In this document: piece after piece, positions 12,386-25,445 of the stretch
Position numbering within the stretch: position 1 is the stretch's first letter
How the letters are laid out: every line of letters starts with the position of its first letter
Assembly: GCF_018350175.1 (NCBI RefSeq)
Contig: NC_058368.1
Coordinates: 67,706,001 to 67,770,000 of the forward strand
Source of the DNA: Felis catus
Lineage: Eukaryota
Direction of reading: 5' to 3'
DNA: 64,000 bases
Notes under the pieces: model-generated
Databases searched by the model: none
What the model saw: only the letters and a program-made list of their open reading frames with translations
Told to the model about the DNA's origin: nothing
Translations under genes and position numbers: made by a program

Positions 12386-12962
12386 CGCGCGCGCGCGCAT
12401 GCGCGCACACACACATCTTTATCCATTTGTCAGCTGATGGACATTTGGGCTCTTTCCATAACTTGGCTATTGTTGATAATGTTGCCATAAACATTGGGGT
12501 GCATGTGCCCCTTCAAATTAGTATTTTTGTATTCTTTGGGTAAACACCTAGTAGTGCAGTTACAGGATTGCAAGGTAGTTCTATTTTTAATCTCCCCCCA
12601 CCCCCAGTAGGCTTCACATCCAGAATGGAGCCCAGCATGGGGCTTGAACTCACAACCCTGATTATCAAGACCTGAGCTGAGATGATGAGACAGACTTAGC
12701 TTACAGAGAGATGAAGAGACTTAACTGACTGAGCCACCCAGGTGCCCCAGTTTTTAACTTTTTGAGGAATCTCCATTCCATTTTCCAGTTTGCATCCCTA
12801 CCAACAGTGCAAGAGGGTTCACTTTCTCTGTATCCTTGCCAATACCCATCCTTCCCAAGTTGTTAATTTTAGCCATTCTGACTGAAGTGAGGGGATATGT
12901 CACTGTGGTTCTGATTTGTACTTCCCTGATGAGTGGGATGTTGAGCATCTTGTCATGCTTTG
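12012..12962 (-). mobile_element. L1 3' fragment (ORF2 C-terminus and 3' UTR) containing a short SINE at ~12600-12748
   Basis: ORF track gives MFMATLSTIAKLWKEPKCPSADKWIK and LIREVQIRTTVTYPLTSVRMAKIN, both L1 ORF2 motifs. Confidence 0.92.
12343..12416. repeat. (GT)17(GC)11-AT-(GC)3(AC)4 alternating purine-pyrimidine tract
   Basis: Read directly from the sequence. Confidence 0.95.
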
Positions 12963-12989
12963 CAGTCAATTTTGAAAGACTTAATACTT

Positions 12990-13500
12990 ATCTCTGCTTC
13001 GAACCTCAACTCATACCTCAACCTACCATAATTATACCAGTGAAACTACTGGTCATCAATAAGTCATCAATAATTTTTCTGTTGTTAAAAGCTTAATATT
13101 CACATTATTTGATCTGTCTATGCTATTTGATAACATCCATCACTTATCAATATTCTCCTGGCTTTCATGACAACGTGCTTTCTAGGTTTTCACCTGCCTC
13201 TATGGGTACTTCTAGTCTCTATCCTCTAGTTCTTCCTCTGGTTGGTTCTTAAACATTGATGTTCTTCAGGGTTCTGCCCTTGGGATTTATTTTCTTCTCC
13301 TTCTATACCTTCTCCCTGTAACTTCAGTGACTCTCTTCATGTTGATAACTCCCAAATCCTACCCTTTAGCCTAGATTTTTACCACCTAAATCTCCGTCAT
13401 CTATCACCTTATGGGAGATCTTCACTTGGATATTCGACAAGCATTTCAAATGTGACACATCCAAACTGCAATCATCCTCCTATCCAAACCCAGTTCTCAG
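12990..13500 (+). mobile_element. L2 fragment
   Basis: cttcacttggatattcgacaagcatttcaaatgtgacacatccaaact is typical of the L2 3' region. Confidence 0.7.
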
Positions 13501-15984
13501 TTACAAGTAACTGAATTAGAAATGTCATAACATTTTCTGAAAATCTTTCCATTAAAATACATAAGCAACTTTACTTATGTAAAAACCGCAGAAATCTTCA
13601 AGGACTTTGAGAATGAGCTTCTTCTATGTGGAGCACATAAGTAAAAATAAATAGGGACTCTGGAATTAGATAAACCTTGGATGACATTTCTAACTCACCA
13701 CACAAAACTCATAGGTTAGCTAATATCATGCCACTTGAATCTTGAAACATTGACAAAAATAGAACTCTGTAGCAAAACCATCTAAAATGGTTGCAAAACC
13801 AGGCAATTCAATGTTTAAAAAGGTCTTAATTTGCTGACACATAATGTAACGTGTTCTCACTAAATGGCATGGAAATAGCACCTGTATTCGAAATGTTAAA
13901 TCTTCAACATTACAACTTTTTTAGACAAGTAGATCACCGGAATTATTCTTCAGTAAAGAGTATTTACAGGGTCTCATGGAGATTCAACAAACTAAAAAAT
14001 TACAAGTAACTGAGGATTTAAAATGTTTCCTCTAGGATAATATCTTGGAAGTAAATTCAGTAAATCTGACAGTTGTTGACATATTTAACTCCTCATATAC
14101 GCCATTCTCTCCTACACCTAACAACATCAGCAATGATGCAGCTTACGCACTTCATTCTTGCTATTATAAATGATTTTAACAGAATTATATCTTCAGTGTT
14201 AGTAATTCTTATTTAGTAGAATTTCTTTTAGGTTCAACCCTGAAATACACACCTCCTACATTATATGCTTGAAGCAGAGCTTACATATTCCTAAATTTAT
14301 ATTCCAACTTGTTAATAATCATCTGCCATCAGATTGTCCAGGCATGTCATTTCATTTAGCTAAAATATGTGGCTACATCTAAGCAACTTAAAGAGTTCAA
14401 AATTTGTAAAAATAATTTTCCAGATTGCTTCCCAATGGAAAATGGCACTGAATAAGGCTATAAGGTACATACTGAGAACCAAAGATTTGGGATAGTTGCA
14501 TTTAGGAGCTTAGGTGAGAGACACAAAATTTGGTGGATTTTTTCTAAACTATCAGAATCTTACATGTTAATCTAGCCTATTTTTACCTTAAATACGAAAA
14601 CCAAAATTGTCAGGGCAAATACAAAGCCAATCAATGACAGTTTCCCATTGATTTGCAAGTTGACTTCTAAGTGGTCAAAATTTCTCTGTGCATTCCACTC
14701 TCTCTCCTGCTTTCTTCCCTTCCCTACCACCTGGCTGTCCCTGTCTTCCAGACTCTACTCCTACACTCACCACTAGAAAGGCTGTCCTGCTCTCTCTAAA
14801 TAATAACTGCAAGCCCTTTTTCATGCACTTCCATGTCGTCCACATCCCGCGAAGCTCTTAACATCCTTCTGTTGTCCCCTTCACAATATTGTGGGGTCCA
14901 GGGACCATAGATCACATTTATTCATCTTTGTATTCCCAGTATCTAAAGCAGTGCACAGTATCTCTTGTGACCCAAATAATGATAATAATGAAGCTTTTCA
15001 GTAATAAAAGTTTTTTTTAAAAAAGCAAATTACTTGGTTTTGAAAATATTTCAGTTTAAAGTATCACTAAAGGCATGTCTGCTCTATTTTTTAAACCTAT
15101 CTCATGAAATCATCAAATTGCTGAAATTCAAGGCCACTTGAGCTAAAAGGAGTCCAATAAATGAACACTTAAAATATTCAAAACTTGTTTCTCTTACATT
15201 TACACTCCAGAACAAAATCATAAACTAATCACCATAGTAAATTTTCTCTAAACTATTTAATCTCCATAGTAAGAAGTTCTCCCCATGTCTACCAGGCTAA
15301 AGAATCTGCTCTTGAGGGATCCACATTAATATTTATTCCATTCTCTGTAGAGTCAGGAAAATAGCCTTCTTTTATAATAATTAATAATTAACCTTTTAAC
15401 CTGTGCTGCTAAAACCTAATTTCATTATCTTTAATCTACTGACCTCTAAGAATACATTAATAAATACATGCCCATTCTAAAGACAGATGTATGTACACAT
15501 TTGTAATATATATTCATACATATTTAAAAAGCGGGAACCAGTAACTCTTCTAATAGTGAAATGAAAGCATACAGATTACCTGATTTGTTACAGGCAAGTA
15601 TTAAAAAATCTCTTTAAGAGTTTACAAGTATTTTGGCAAAAAAAAAAAAAAATCAACACTACTAGATACAAAAGTAATACTATTTCATATAAATCTAGGT
15701 AAAAAGAAAGCCATAATTCAACAATTTCTATTTCTCTTTGATTATAAAACAATATGCAAACACTGTCAATTATATGAATTTTCTTAAAGCGTTAAAACCT
15801 TTATTTTTTGGAAATGGATGCTTGGAATACAGGAAAACATCCAGGAAAACATCTTTTCAAATTTAATATTCAGATTTACTAACCCAATTAAGCATTTACA
15901 CTTCACCCTTAATGTTAAAAATAGACATATCTAATGTATGCACATAAATCCAAACCTTTAAGTTATAATATGCACATCACCTAC

Positions 15985-16067
15985 CTGTTTGCTTATAAAT
16001 GGCTAATTCTTGTACAGTTTCCAAAAACTGCCAAAATTTTTCATTACTTTCTTCTGCCATAAATTCA
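15985..16067 (-). CDS. UGGT2: UGGT2 coding exon 2
   Basis: Acceptor ttttattttaatag| and donor CAG|gtaggt; 83 nt. Encodes (S)EFMAEESNEKFWQFLETVQELAIYKQT(E), continuing exon 1 in phase. Confidence 0.96.
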
Positions 16068-16365
16068 CTATTAAAATAAAAGTAATCAGTTAATAGATGG
16101 GAATGAGAAATGAAATGAGAAACTATACCTTAGAACCAAATTATAACTTATGGTTAAAAATCTCCAAAAATTAAAGTGACTTTCATTTTAATGAAGAGAA
16201 CAAGTGGATGATTCTTACACAGATATCATTCTGAACAGACAAGCATATATTCATGACTGGAAAAGACTGCACAAGAAATCACTTTTGGCTTTTCCTCATT
16301 AGCTATAACTAAAAAATGGATTTATTTTGTTTCTCCATGTGAAATACCACTGAGAAGTATAATTT

Positions 16366-16704
16366 TTTGTTTTTATTTTAATTCCAACACATAGTTATAT
16401 TACTTTCAGGTGTACCATATAGTGATTCAACAATTCTATACATTACTCAGTGCCCATCATGGGAAGTGAGTGTACTGTTAATCCCCATCACCTACTTCAC
16501 CCATCCCCCCAGCCACCTCCCCTCTGGTAACTAGGAGTTTGTTCTTTATAGTTAAGAGTCAGTTTCTTGGTTTTCCTTTTTGTTCCTCCTATGTTCGTTT
16601 GTTTTCTTCAACTCCACATGAGTGAAATCATAGGGTATTTGTCTTTCTGTGACTGACTTCACTTAGCATAATACTCTCCAGCTCCATCCATGTTACTGCA
16701 AATT
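16366..16704 (-). mobile_element. 5'-truncated L1 with 17-bp TSD
   Basis: actgagaagtataattt at 16349-16365 and 16705-16721, with L1 3' UTR between. Confidence 0.93.
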
Positions 16705-16745
16705 ACTGAGAAGTATAATTTAACCGTGATGGAGTATTATATAAA

Positions 16746-16779
<34 letters not shown>

Positions 16780-16832
16780 CCTGGTGTTCTATAAAAATTG
16801 GTTCTATAAACACTTTTTAAAAATATTGTCTA

Positions 16833-17235
16833 GGGGCATGTGGGTGGCTCAGTAGGTTAAGTGTCTGACTTTGGCTCAGGTCATGATCTCACAGTTTGTG
16901 GGTTCAAGCCCTGCATCGGGCACTCTGTGGTCAGTGCAGAGCCAGTTTTGGATCCTTTGTCCCCCTCTGTCTTTGCCCCTCCGCAGCTCGCACTCTCTCT
17001 CAAATAAATAAACTAAGAAAAATGAAAAAAAAAAAAGTATTATCTAGGGATGCCTGGGTGGCTCAGTCAGATACGCATCTGACTCTTAATTTCAGCTCAG
17101 ATCATTATCTCCTGGTTCATGAGATCGAGTCTTGAGCTGGGCTCTATGCTGGCAGCATGGAACCTGCTTGGGATTCGCTCTCTCCCTCTCTCTCTACCTC
17201 TCCCTCTGCTCACACTCTCTCAAACTATAAAAAAT
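16833..17235 (+). mobile_element. Two tandem CanSINEs (16833-17036 and 17048-17235)
   Basis: Two heads and two tails, with a shared target motif a(a/g)tatt(g/a)tcta occurring three times. Confidence 0.92.
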
Positions 17236-18670
17236 AGTATTATCTATTATTTTTATTTTGTTACTTATTTATGTAGACAATCTTATTATTTAGAAGAGAA
17301 AATACCATAATGAAAAAACGAATAGGAAGTTAGTGTATTGAATTAGGTCTTTGGCCTTGAATCCCAGACACTTTGATTTTTCCACAGAATGTAAGTCATA
17401 AAAAATGACCAAAGCCATTTAAAACCTCTGGAAATAATGAATTAAGTGAGAGGATATTCCGTTCTGTATAGAACAAAGCACAGGACACCCAAAGCAAGTA
17501 GATTCACCCGTTTAAACTAGAGGGAAACCAGGCACCAAACAGACAGTACAGATTTGTTATCACCCATCTTATCTTTCTCACGAGTCTTGGTAAACTTTGA
17601 TGCTTAATATGAATGGAAAGTACAAGGACATTCAAGACACATGCAAAGTAATTCTTGTGAGTTTGGTTACTAAAGAGAAAAACTGATTAATTCATCCACA
17701 TAAACAGGACAAGCACTAGAATTCAAAGCAATTGGTAAGCGGTTCTTGCTAGCAATGGTGTCCAACTCAATGGCATTAAAAAAAAAAAGGAGAAGCTAAA
17801 AGCAGAGGAAATAATGGGATAAACAGAACGTGTGATCTGAAAAGGACAGGAATGGTACAAAATGTTAAGCGAAGCAGGGAGCACCACTTAACACCTAACT
17901 GATCTGCCTAGACATCTACAGACCTGTTCAGAGGCTGTGCAGCCACAGACATCAGTTTTATCAGGGGAAAGAATCAGCCAAAGAGAAAGTAATATGGTAG
18001 GTCCACAAACTTCTCGATGCCAGAATTTACACATCGAAGTATAAGCCTTCAAAGACCTTGAGAAAGTCTTCGAATACACTTATTCCCTCAACATACCACT
18101 GCTCTCAGCACTTATGGAACTCTTCTAGAATTTACTTTCAGAGGCAATTTGCCAGGAACTCATCATTAATTTTAGAGAGAGAAATAACCTTGAGAGATCA
18201 TCTAAATCAGCTCCTCGCCTTAAGTTTAAAAAAAGTAAAAAAAAAAAAAAAAAAAAAAAAGAAAAGAAAAAAAAGAAAAAACTGGCATTTTCAATTTGTT
18301 CACTTGTTTTATACATCTAGCTCCAAATAACAGTGTTTCCCAAAAAATTCTACCACAGAGAAAAAAAGTGATTTCTACAGAATATGTTTATATGTACAAA
18401 AGAGCTTGACAGCAGTTATAAGTAAAATTCCAAAAAATATTTTTGGCAAGAGCAACACCAGTGGAATAAATGCAGTTTAGATGTGGAAGTTACAGGTTAT
18501 AAAAATTTACCCTCATCAGCCTGTAATCATCCCTAGCAAATAATACTAAATTATAAATTAGGTAGGGGACATACTCAGTCATCTTTGCTTCCTACACAGT
18601 ACCCATCACAGGGCCATGCTCAAAATAGGCACTCAAATTTCTAGGCTGAACTAAAAGATTCTGTGTAGAG

Positions 18671-18861
18671 AGGGGCAGGAGAGGCAGGGGCAGGAGAGGC
18701 AGGGGCAGGAGAGGCAGGGGCAGGAGAGGCAGGGGCAGGAGAGGCAGGGGCAGGAGAGGCAGGGGCAGGAGAGGCAGGGGCAGGAGAGGCAGGGGCAGGA
18801 GAGGCAGGGGCAGGAGAGGCAGGGGCAGGAGAGGCAGGGGCAGGAGAGGCAGGGGCAGGAG
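18671..18861 (+). repeat. Perfect 15-bp minisatellite (AGGGGCAGGAGAGGC)x12.7
   Basis: Read directly; produces the spurious CLSCP-repeat ORF on the minus strand. Confidence 0.97.
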
Positions 18862-19785
18862 GATGGGGAAGGGGAGGGAGAAATTCCCATGAATGCTTTA
18901 AATATATATATAAAAAAAGGGGGCATCCCAGAGAGCTAACAGTTCTCTTAAGTTTCTATCTCCCAAGCTCCTTCAATCTACCCAATGCTCTCAATTCTTC
19001 CTATTCTACACTTATTCCCCTCAACCTCTTTGATTTTCCTACAATTTTTATTAAAAGAAACACAAAAAACCAGATGTGAGTAGAATAATGGAGTCTAGAA
19101 AACACAAAAGAAGTGCAATGGTTAAAGAAACAATAGGCTGCCAGCCTGCTACACTGTCACAAAGGAGAGATTTGGTTCAAAAGTGTAAAGTCAAGACCAC
19201 TAGATAAAAATTATAGTGGGAAAGAGTTTAGTTTATCGAACAAAGGACTTGCTGACAATTTATATTTGTTCACAACAGAACAGGTAAGTGCATGAGGTAA
19301 CACTAAGCGTCCTAGCTGGATTACCCCAGCAGGACACCAGTTTTCCATAGGTCAGGTACACAGCTAGAGTATAGAGGGAATTCTGATGGTGGTTTGAAGT
19401 AGACACTACCTAATATAAGTCCCTTCCACTGCGTCGACATTATTGGGCACCTGATCCTGATGTACTGAGCCCTGGGAAAACAAGTATGAATAGGAAATAC
19501 TCGTTGCTTCTGCTGAGCTAATACTTATTACTAATACTTGTTGAGCACCTACTTTTGTGCACAGTGCCTTGGCAAAATATAGATTTTTATCCCCTGCAGC
19601 TCACATTTTACAGCAGAGATTAGCATACATACCTTTCAATAAGGATTATTACAGAAGTATGGACCAGATGTTAGGAGAACATACTAGAAAGACATCAGTT
19701 TTATCAGGTGAAAGAATCAGCCAAAGAGAAAGTAATATGGTAGGTCCACAAGTAGGGCATCAACGAAGAAAGGGACATAGTAGAG

Positions 19786-21784
19786 TGTTATATTACCATA
19801 TCAAATTACCACATAGTGGCTTAAAACGAAAGAAATTTATTCTCACAGTTCTGGAGAAGAAAAGTCTAAATTCTTGGTGTCAGGGTTAACACAACAGGTC
19901 CCACAGGTCAGGATCTAGACCCGTCTTTTGGGGGGCCACCATTCACGCCACTAAAGTCCACCCTGGGCTCCCCAGAATCCACATCTGTCCCGCATACAAA
20001 ATGCATACGTCCTATCCCAACATCCCCCACTGTAATCTCAACCCATTGGGCATCATCTCTAAACCAAAAGCCCATGTAAATACCACCAGAAGTCTCAAAT
20101 CTCATCATGTAAATCATTTAGACGAGGTAGGAGTGAGACGCTGGGTATGCTCCATCCTGAGGCAAAATTCTTCTCCGTATGTGGACCCGTCAACTAGAAA
20201 ACAAGCTGTCTGCTTCCAAAATGCAGTATCGAGATACACATTCCAAATTCCAAAGACAGATATTCCAATTCCAAAAGGTAGAAATTACAAAGAATGAAGG
20301 AGTTACCAGTCCCAAACAAGTTCAAAATACAGAAGGACAAACTGTGTTAGGTTTCAAGTCGTGAGCAGAACCCTCAGCGGCATGCTGCTCCACTCTCTGC
20401 TGTGTGCCACGGCTCTGGCCTCAGGGTCATTACTCCCTTCTCTTGAAGGAAAAATGTTTGCGTGTTTGCAGCCAAGCAGTTTATCAGCCAATTTCCTGCC
20501 TATGGAATTTTGAAAGTCTGACAGCCTTCTCTCATTACATCCCGTCTCTGTCGCTTTTGGCAACATTTTTGCTGATGCAACATAATCAAAATCCTTTGGG
20601 TCTTTTGTAGATCTCACCAGCATCATGCCAGAAAAACCTTCCTCAGATCCATCCTGGACAAATCTACCCCTCCATTCCTGGCTTCTACCGAGACAGTGGA
20701 ATGGACCCATGAGTCACAAGCCTAACCTATACAGAAAAAGACTGACCAGCCACAAAGTTGGTCTTCTTTCTGAAGCATGCATCCCCAACACTGGGTTTCC
20801 TCATTTTAACAGTCTTTGCCATCTGGGTAGCAGGAGAAACTCCCAGATTATCAAGTGCGGCTTCCTTTTTTCTGAACAGCTCCTTCTTCAGTTTCTCTCC
20901 GTCCTCTTGCATTTTACTATAAACAAGGCAAAACCAGGGGATACCTTTAATGCTTTGCTTGGCAATCTCCTTAGGTAGCTATTCAAGTTCACTGATTACA
21001 AGTACTGTTTTCCACACAACTGTAGAATCCAATTCAGCCCCTTTTCTGCCCCTATAAAACAAGGATCATCCTTCTTTGTTTCCAATAACAGGTCACTCAT
21101 TTCCTTCTGTACTCTTACCAAAAGAGCCTTTAATGTTCTTATTTCTACCAACATTCTACTCACGAAGACGTAAGTATTCTCTATGACAGAAGCTTTATTA
21201 ATGACCACGCTCCCTGCTTTCCTCTAAGTCCTTAGCAGAATCACCTTTAATGTCCCTATTTCTGCCAACAGTCTCCTCAAGGCATGTAGGCTTTTGTTTT
21301 TTAACCACATTTCTCAAAATCCTTCTAGCTTTTGCTGGACTTACCAGCTACTTCTACATTTTTAGCTATTTCTTACAGCAGCACTCCACTTTATCAAGTC
21401 TGTATTGGTTTCCTAGGGCAGCTGTAACAAATTACCAAAAACCTGGCAACCTAAAGGAACAGAAACTTATGGTCTCACAGTTCTGGAGCCCAGAAGTCCA
21501 AAATCAAGGTACCGGTGTGGCCTCTTCAAGCTTCTGAGGGCTACAAGTGTTCCTTGGCTTGTGGTTACATCAATCCAATCTCTGCCTCTGTTCACATAGC
21601 GTTCTCCTCTTCTGTCTCTTATAAGGACATTGGATTTAGCAGCCATCCAGACAGTCCACAATGATCTGGTCTCAAGACCCTTACTAATTACATCTGCGAA
21701 GATCCTTTATCCAAGTAAGGTAACATTCACAGGTTCCAGGAGTTAGGATGTAAACTTTTTAGGAACTGCAATTCTCCCACTACA
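19786..21784 (-). mobile_element. MaLR (MLT1) element: 5' LTR 21784-21401, internal region, internally deleted 3' LTR 19955-19786
   Basis: tgtattggtttcctagggcagctgtaacaaattacca...tctcacagttctggag...ccactaca is an MLT1 LTR in reverse complement. The same motifs recur at 19786-19955, with ~1.45 kb of MLT-int-like sequence between. Confidence 0.85.
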
Positions 21785-22039
21785 AGTGATGCAGTTGGTA
21801 CATAGATGGGGGTCAGATTATGAAGAACCTGAAATAGCATCCTACAAAAGTTCCAGCTCTAAGAGACTCAAGGCAAATACAAATCAGGACAATGTAACTA
21901 CAAATCCAAGACTGGAAGAAGTTAGACTGCAGATCTGGAACAGAGAATGGGATCAGATGGATGCAAACTGGGAGAAACAGGGGAAGAAACAGAGGAAGAG
22001 GACACACATTAGGCTCCAATATTTTATTCAATACAACTA

Positions 22040-22614
22040 TTTTATTACATCTGATATCATAAAATACAATGGATTACAAGATAATATGAACAATTATGTA
22101 CCAACAAATCAGACCACCTAAAAGAAATAGATAAACTCCTGGAAACAATAAGCTATCAAGACTGACTCACAAATAGAAAATCTGAACCAATTACTACCAC
22201 AGAGATTGAGTAATAAAAAACAAAACAAACAAACAAACTCCCCAAAAAGGAGCACCTGGATGGCTCAGTAGGTTAAGCATTCCAATGCTTCAGGAGTTTA
22301 AGCCCCATCTCAGGCTCTGCACTCATAGCTCGGAGCTTGCTTGGGATTCTCCCTCTCTCTGACCCTCACCTGCTCATGCTCTTTCTCTTACAAAGTAAAC
22401 AAACAAACAAAAAATCAAAACAAAACAAAAAAACTCCCCCAAAAACAAAAGTCTAGGACCGGATGGATTCACTGGTGAATTCTGCCAAACATTCACAGAT
22501 TTAATACCTATTTTTCTGAAACTCTTTTAAAATCTTGAAGAGGAGGAAATGCTTCCAAACTCCTTTTACAAAGGAGTTGTACAAAGGAGCATTGCCTTGA
22601 TACCAAGGAACACG

Positions 22615-22668
<54 letters not shown>

Positions 22669-23560
22669 TTACAGGCCAATGTCCCTGATGACCACAGATG
22701 CAAAAATCAACAAACTATTAGCAAACAATACATTAAAAATCACACACCATGAACAAATGGGATTTAGTCCAGAGATGCAAGGATGGTTCGACATCTACTA
22801 ATTAGTCAACATGGTATACTATATCAACACAGTGAAAAGTAAAAATCATATGATCACTCGATACAGAAAAATCATTAGACAAAAGTCAACGTCCATTTAT
22901 AATAAAAACTCTCCACAGACAGGGTACAGACGGAATAAACCTTAACATAAGAAGGGCCACATATGACAAGCCCACAGTTAACATCATACTCAGCAGTGAA
23001 AAGCTGAGAATTTTCGTCTACAATCAGGAACAAGGATGCTCATGCTCATCCCTTTTATTCAATACAATACTTGAAATTCTAGCCAGAGGAATGAGAGAAA
23101 AATAAATAAAAGATATCCAAATCAGAAAGGAAGGAGTAAAACTGTCACTGTTTGAAGAAGACAGGCATATTATATATAAAAAACCCTAAAACGTCACCAA
23201 AAAAACTATTAGGCCAAATTAAATGATAGGATACAAAATCAGTATACAAAAATCTATTGCATTTCTGATACCAAACTCTCAGAGAAAATTAAAAACAATC
23301 CCATTTACAAGTACATCGGAAGGAATAAAATACCTAGGAATAAATTTAACCAAGGAGGTAAAAACCTGAACACTAGAAGTCACTGATAAAAGAAATTAAA
23401 GACATAAATAAATGGAAAGACATTCCATGTTCACAGACGAAAAGAATAAAGTATTCATACTACCCAAACAATCTGTAGATTCAGTGCAATCCCCATCAAA
23501 ATTCCAATGCCATTTTCCACAGAAATAGAACAAACAACCCACAGTGTTATCCACACCGGA
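22040..23560 (+). mobile_element. L1 ORF2 fragment, interrupted by a SINE (22248-22432) and (CA)n (22617-22663)
   Basis: ggaccggatggattcactggtgaattct (GPDGFTGEF), LPNSFY, atgcaaggatggttc, ttcagtgcaatccccatcaaaattcc. Confidence 0.92.
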
Positions 23561-23982
23561 TAAAACTAGTCCAATGAGAATATCCTGAAAAGGATTTACA
23601 GAAATTGACACCTAACTTCTGTCAAAATGCTAAACACTTGCTGGAAATCTCCACTGAGCAATTGCAGTAGCTTTTCCTAAGCCTGTTGATTAAACAAATT
23701 TTAGGCTAGCACACAAAAGCCCAGTGAACCCATTCATGACTATTATAATTGACTCTACAAATTGTCTTTAAATTCTGGTCTTCCCTTAGATGCTGAATCC
23801 ACCTAGGTAGCAATTAGCTCTATATTCATTAACGGGGTGAACTTGATCCTTCTCCTTTAGGAAAAGGACCAGAGGTGAATGGGAAACTCTGTTCACTCCA
23901 GATTCAGTCAATTTGGCAAACTAGCTTGCACACATCCTACATGCATCACCCAAAAAAGACTGATAAAATTCTTAAAATTCTT

Positions 23983-24190
23983 ATTTTTTAAATTTTTTAA
24001 ATGTTTTCATTATTTTCGAGAGAGACAGAGTACGAGTGAGAATGGGCACAGAGAGAAGGAGACACAGAATCCGAAGCAGGATCCAGACTCTGAGCTGTCA
24101 GCACAGAACCTAATGCGGGGCTTGAACTTGTGAACCACGAGATCATGACCTGAAGTCGGAAGCTAACTGACTCAGCCACCTAGGTGCCCC
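23983..24190 (-). mobile_element. CanSINE in ERV gag
   Basis: TSD aaattcttaaaattctt. Confidence 0.93.
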
Positions 24191-25445
24191 CCAAATTCTT
24201 AAAATTCTTGATTTTCATCTTCAACAAATGAAAGACCCTAAACAAAACCAAAAACCTAGTTTTTACTATTTGCAAAGAGCTAGGGCATTGGGGTGAAAAA
24301 TCTGTTACCAGCTTAAGTGCTCCAGGCACCTTCAGCCGGATAGCCAATATTCCCAGTGTCCTCCTAATTCCCAACAACAGGATTCTGATGAGTTCGAGGC
24401 TCTTCCCAGTCTCCCCTCTTTATCAACTCAGAGAAACCACTCAACTGCTCATGCTCTTTCTCTTACAAAATAAAGATTGAGAATGCAGCTGTCTTTATTG
24501 ACACCAGATGTACGCTCTTAGTGCTCAATCCCACTGCTAAAAACAGCCCCTGCCCTGGAGTACTAAAATGGTTCTAATGGGGGGTGGGGAGTCTCTCATA
24601 AGCCTCAACAGGTTTAGAACACAGTTACTGAACCTACTTCCTTTAGTCTAAGGGCTCTGATACACATACCTTTCTCCTTAGTTGCTGTGCTGCTCTTCAT
24701 TTATTGGGCTGAGATTTCTTAGAAAAATATACCAGAATTCCTTTCTCCCAAAAGGAGAAAGAATACTAGAATTTGACCATAGTAATAAAAATAGGCAGCC
24801 AGGTAAATTAAATGACCCTTTGACACCCTCAATTCGCTCTGAGTCTGATAGCACTATAGCCGAGTCTGAGGACACTGATCATTTATCCCTGTTGGATCCA
24901 TCCTCTGTGGGCGACATCTTCAACAGATACTGGCAGCATCCACAGTATACCTCCCATCAAGATTCAAATAGATTCCTCAAAACATCCCCCTAAATTTAAT
25001 GAATATCCTATAAATAAAGAAGCCTTTCACGGCATCAAGCTCATAGATTACAAAGCTCAAGGCCCCATTATCCCCTGTACCAGTCCCTTTAATACACGTA
25101 TTTTACCTATGAGAAAACCCAGTAGCCAAGGATGGTTTGTCTAGGACCTCTGGGCAATAAATGACACTGTTATCCCTCGGCACCCTGTTGTTCTTAACCC
25201 ATATGCTGACAACCATTCCCACCGGATGCAAATTTTTCACTGTAGTTCATCTATGCAGTGCATTCTTTAGTATTCCAGTTGCTTTCACTTGGGAAGAATG
25301 GAAATACACCAGGACAGTAATGCCCCACCCAGAGTTTCAAAGGGTCCTTACTTTTCACAAACCTTAGAAGCTGAATTGAATGGTAGGTTTTCTGCAGTCT
25401 CTATCTACTTTGTTACAATACCTAGATGATTTGCTCCTCTGCTCC

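Noticed and set aside
18651..18926. Cys-rich (CLSCP)n ORF resembling a keratin-associated or metallothionein-like protein
   Set aside because: Exact DNA-level 15-bp repeat with no synonymous variation; a minisatellite artefact.
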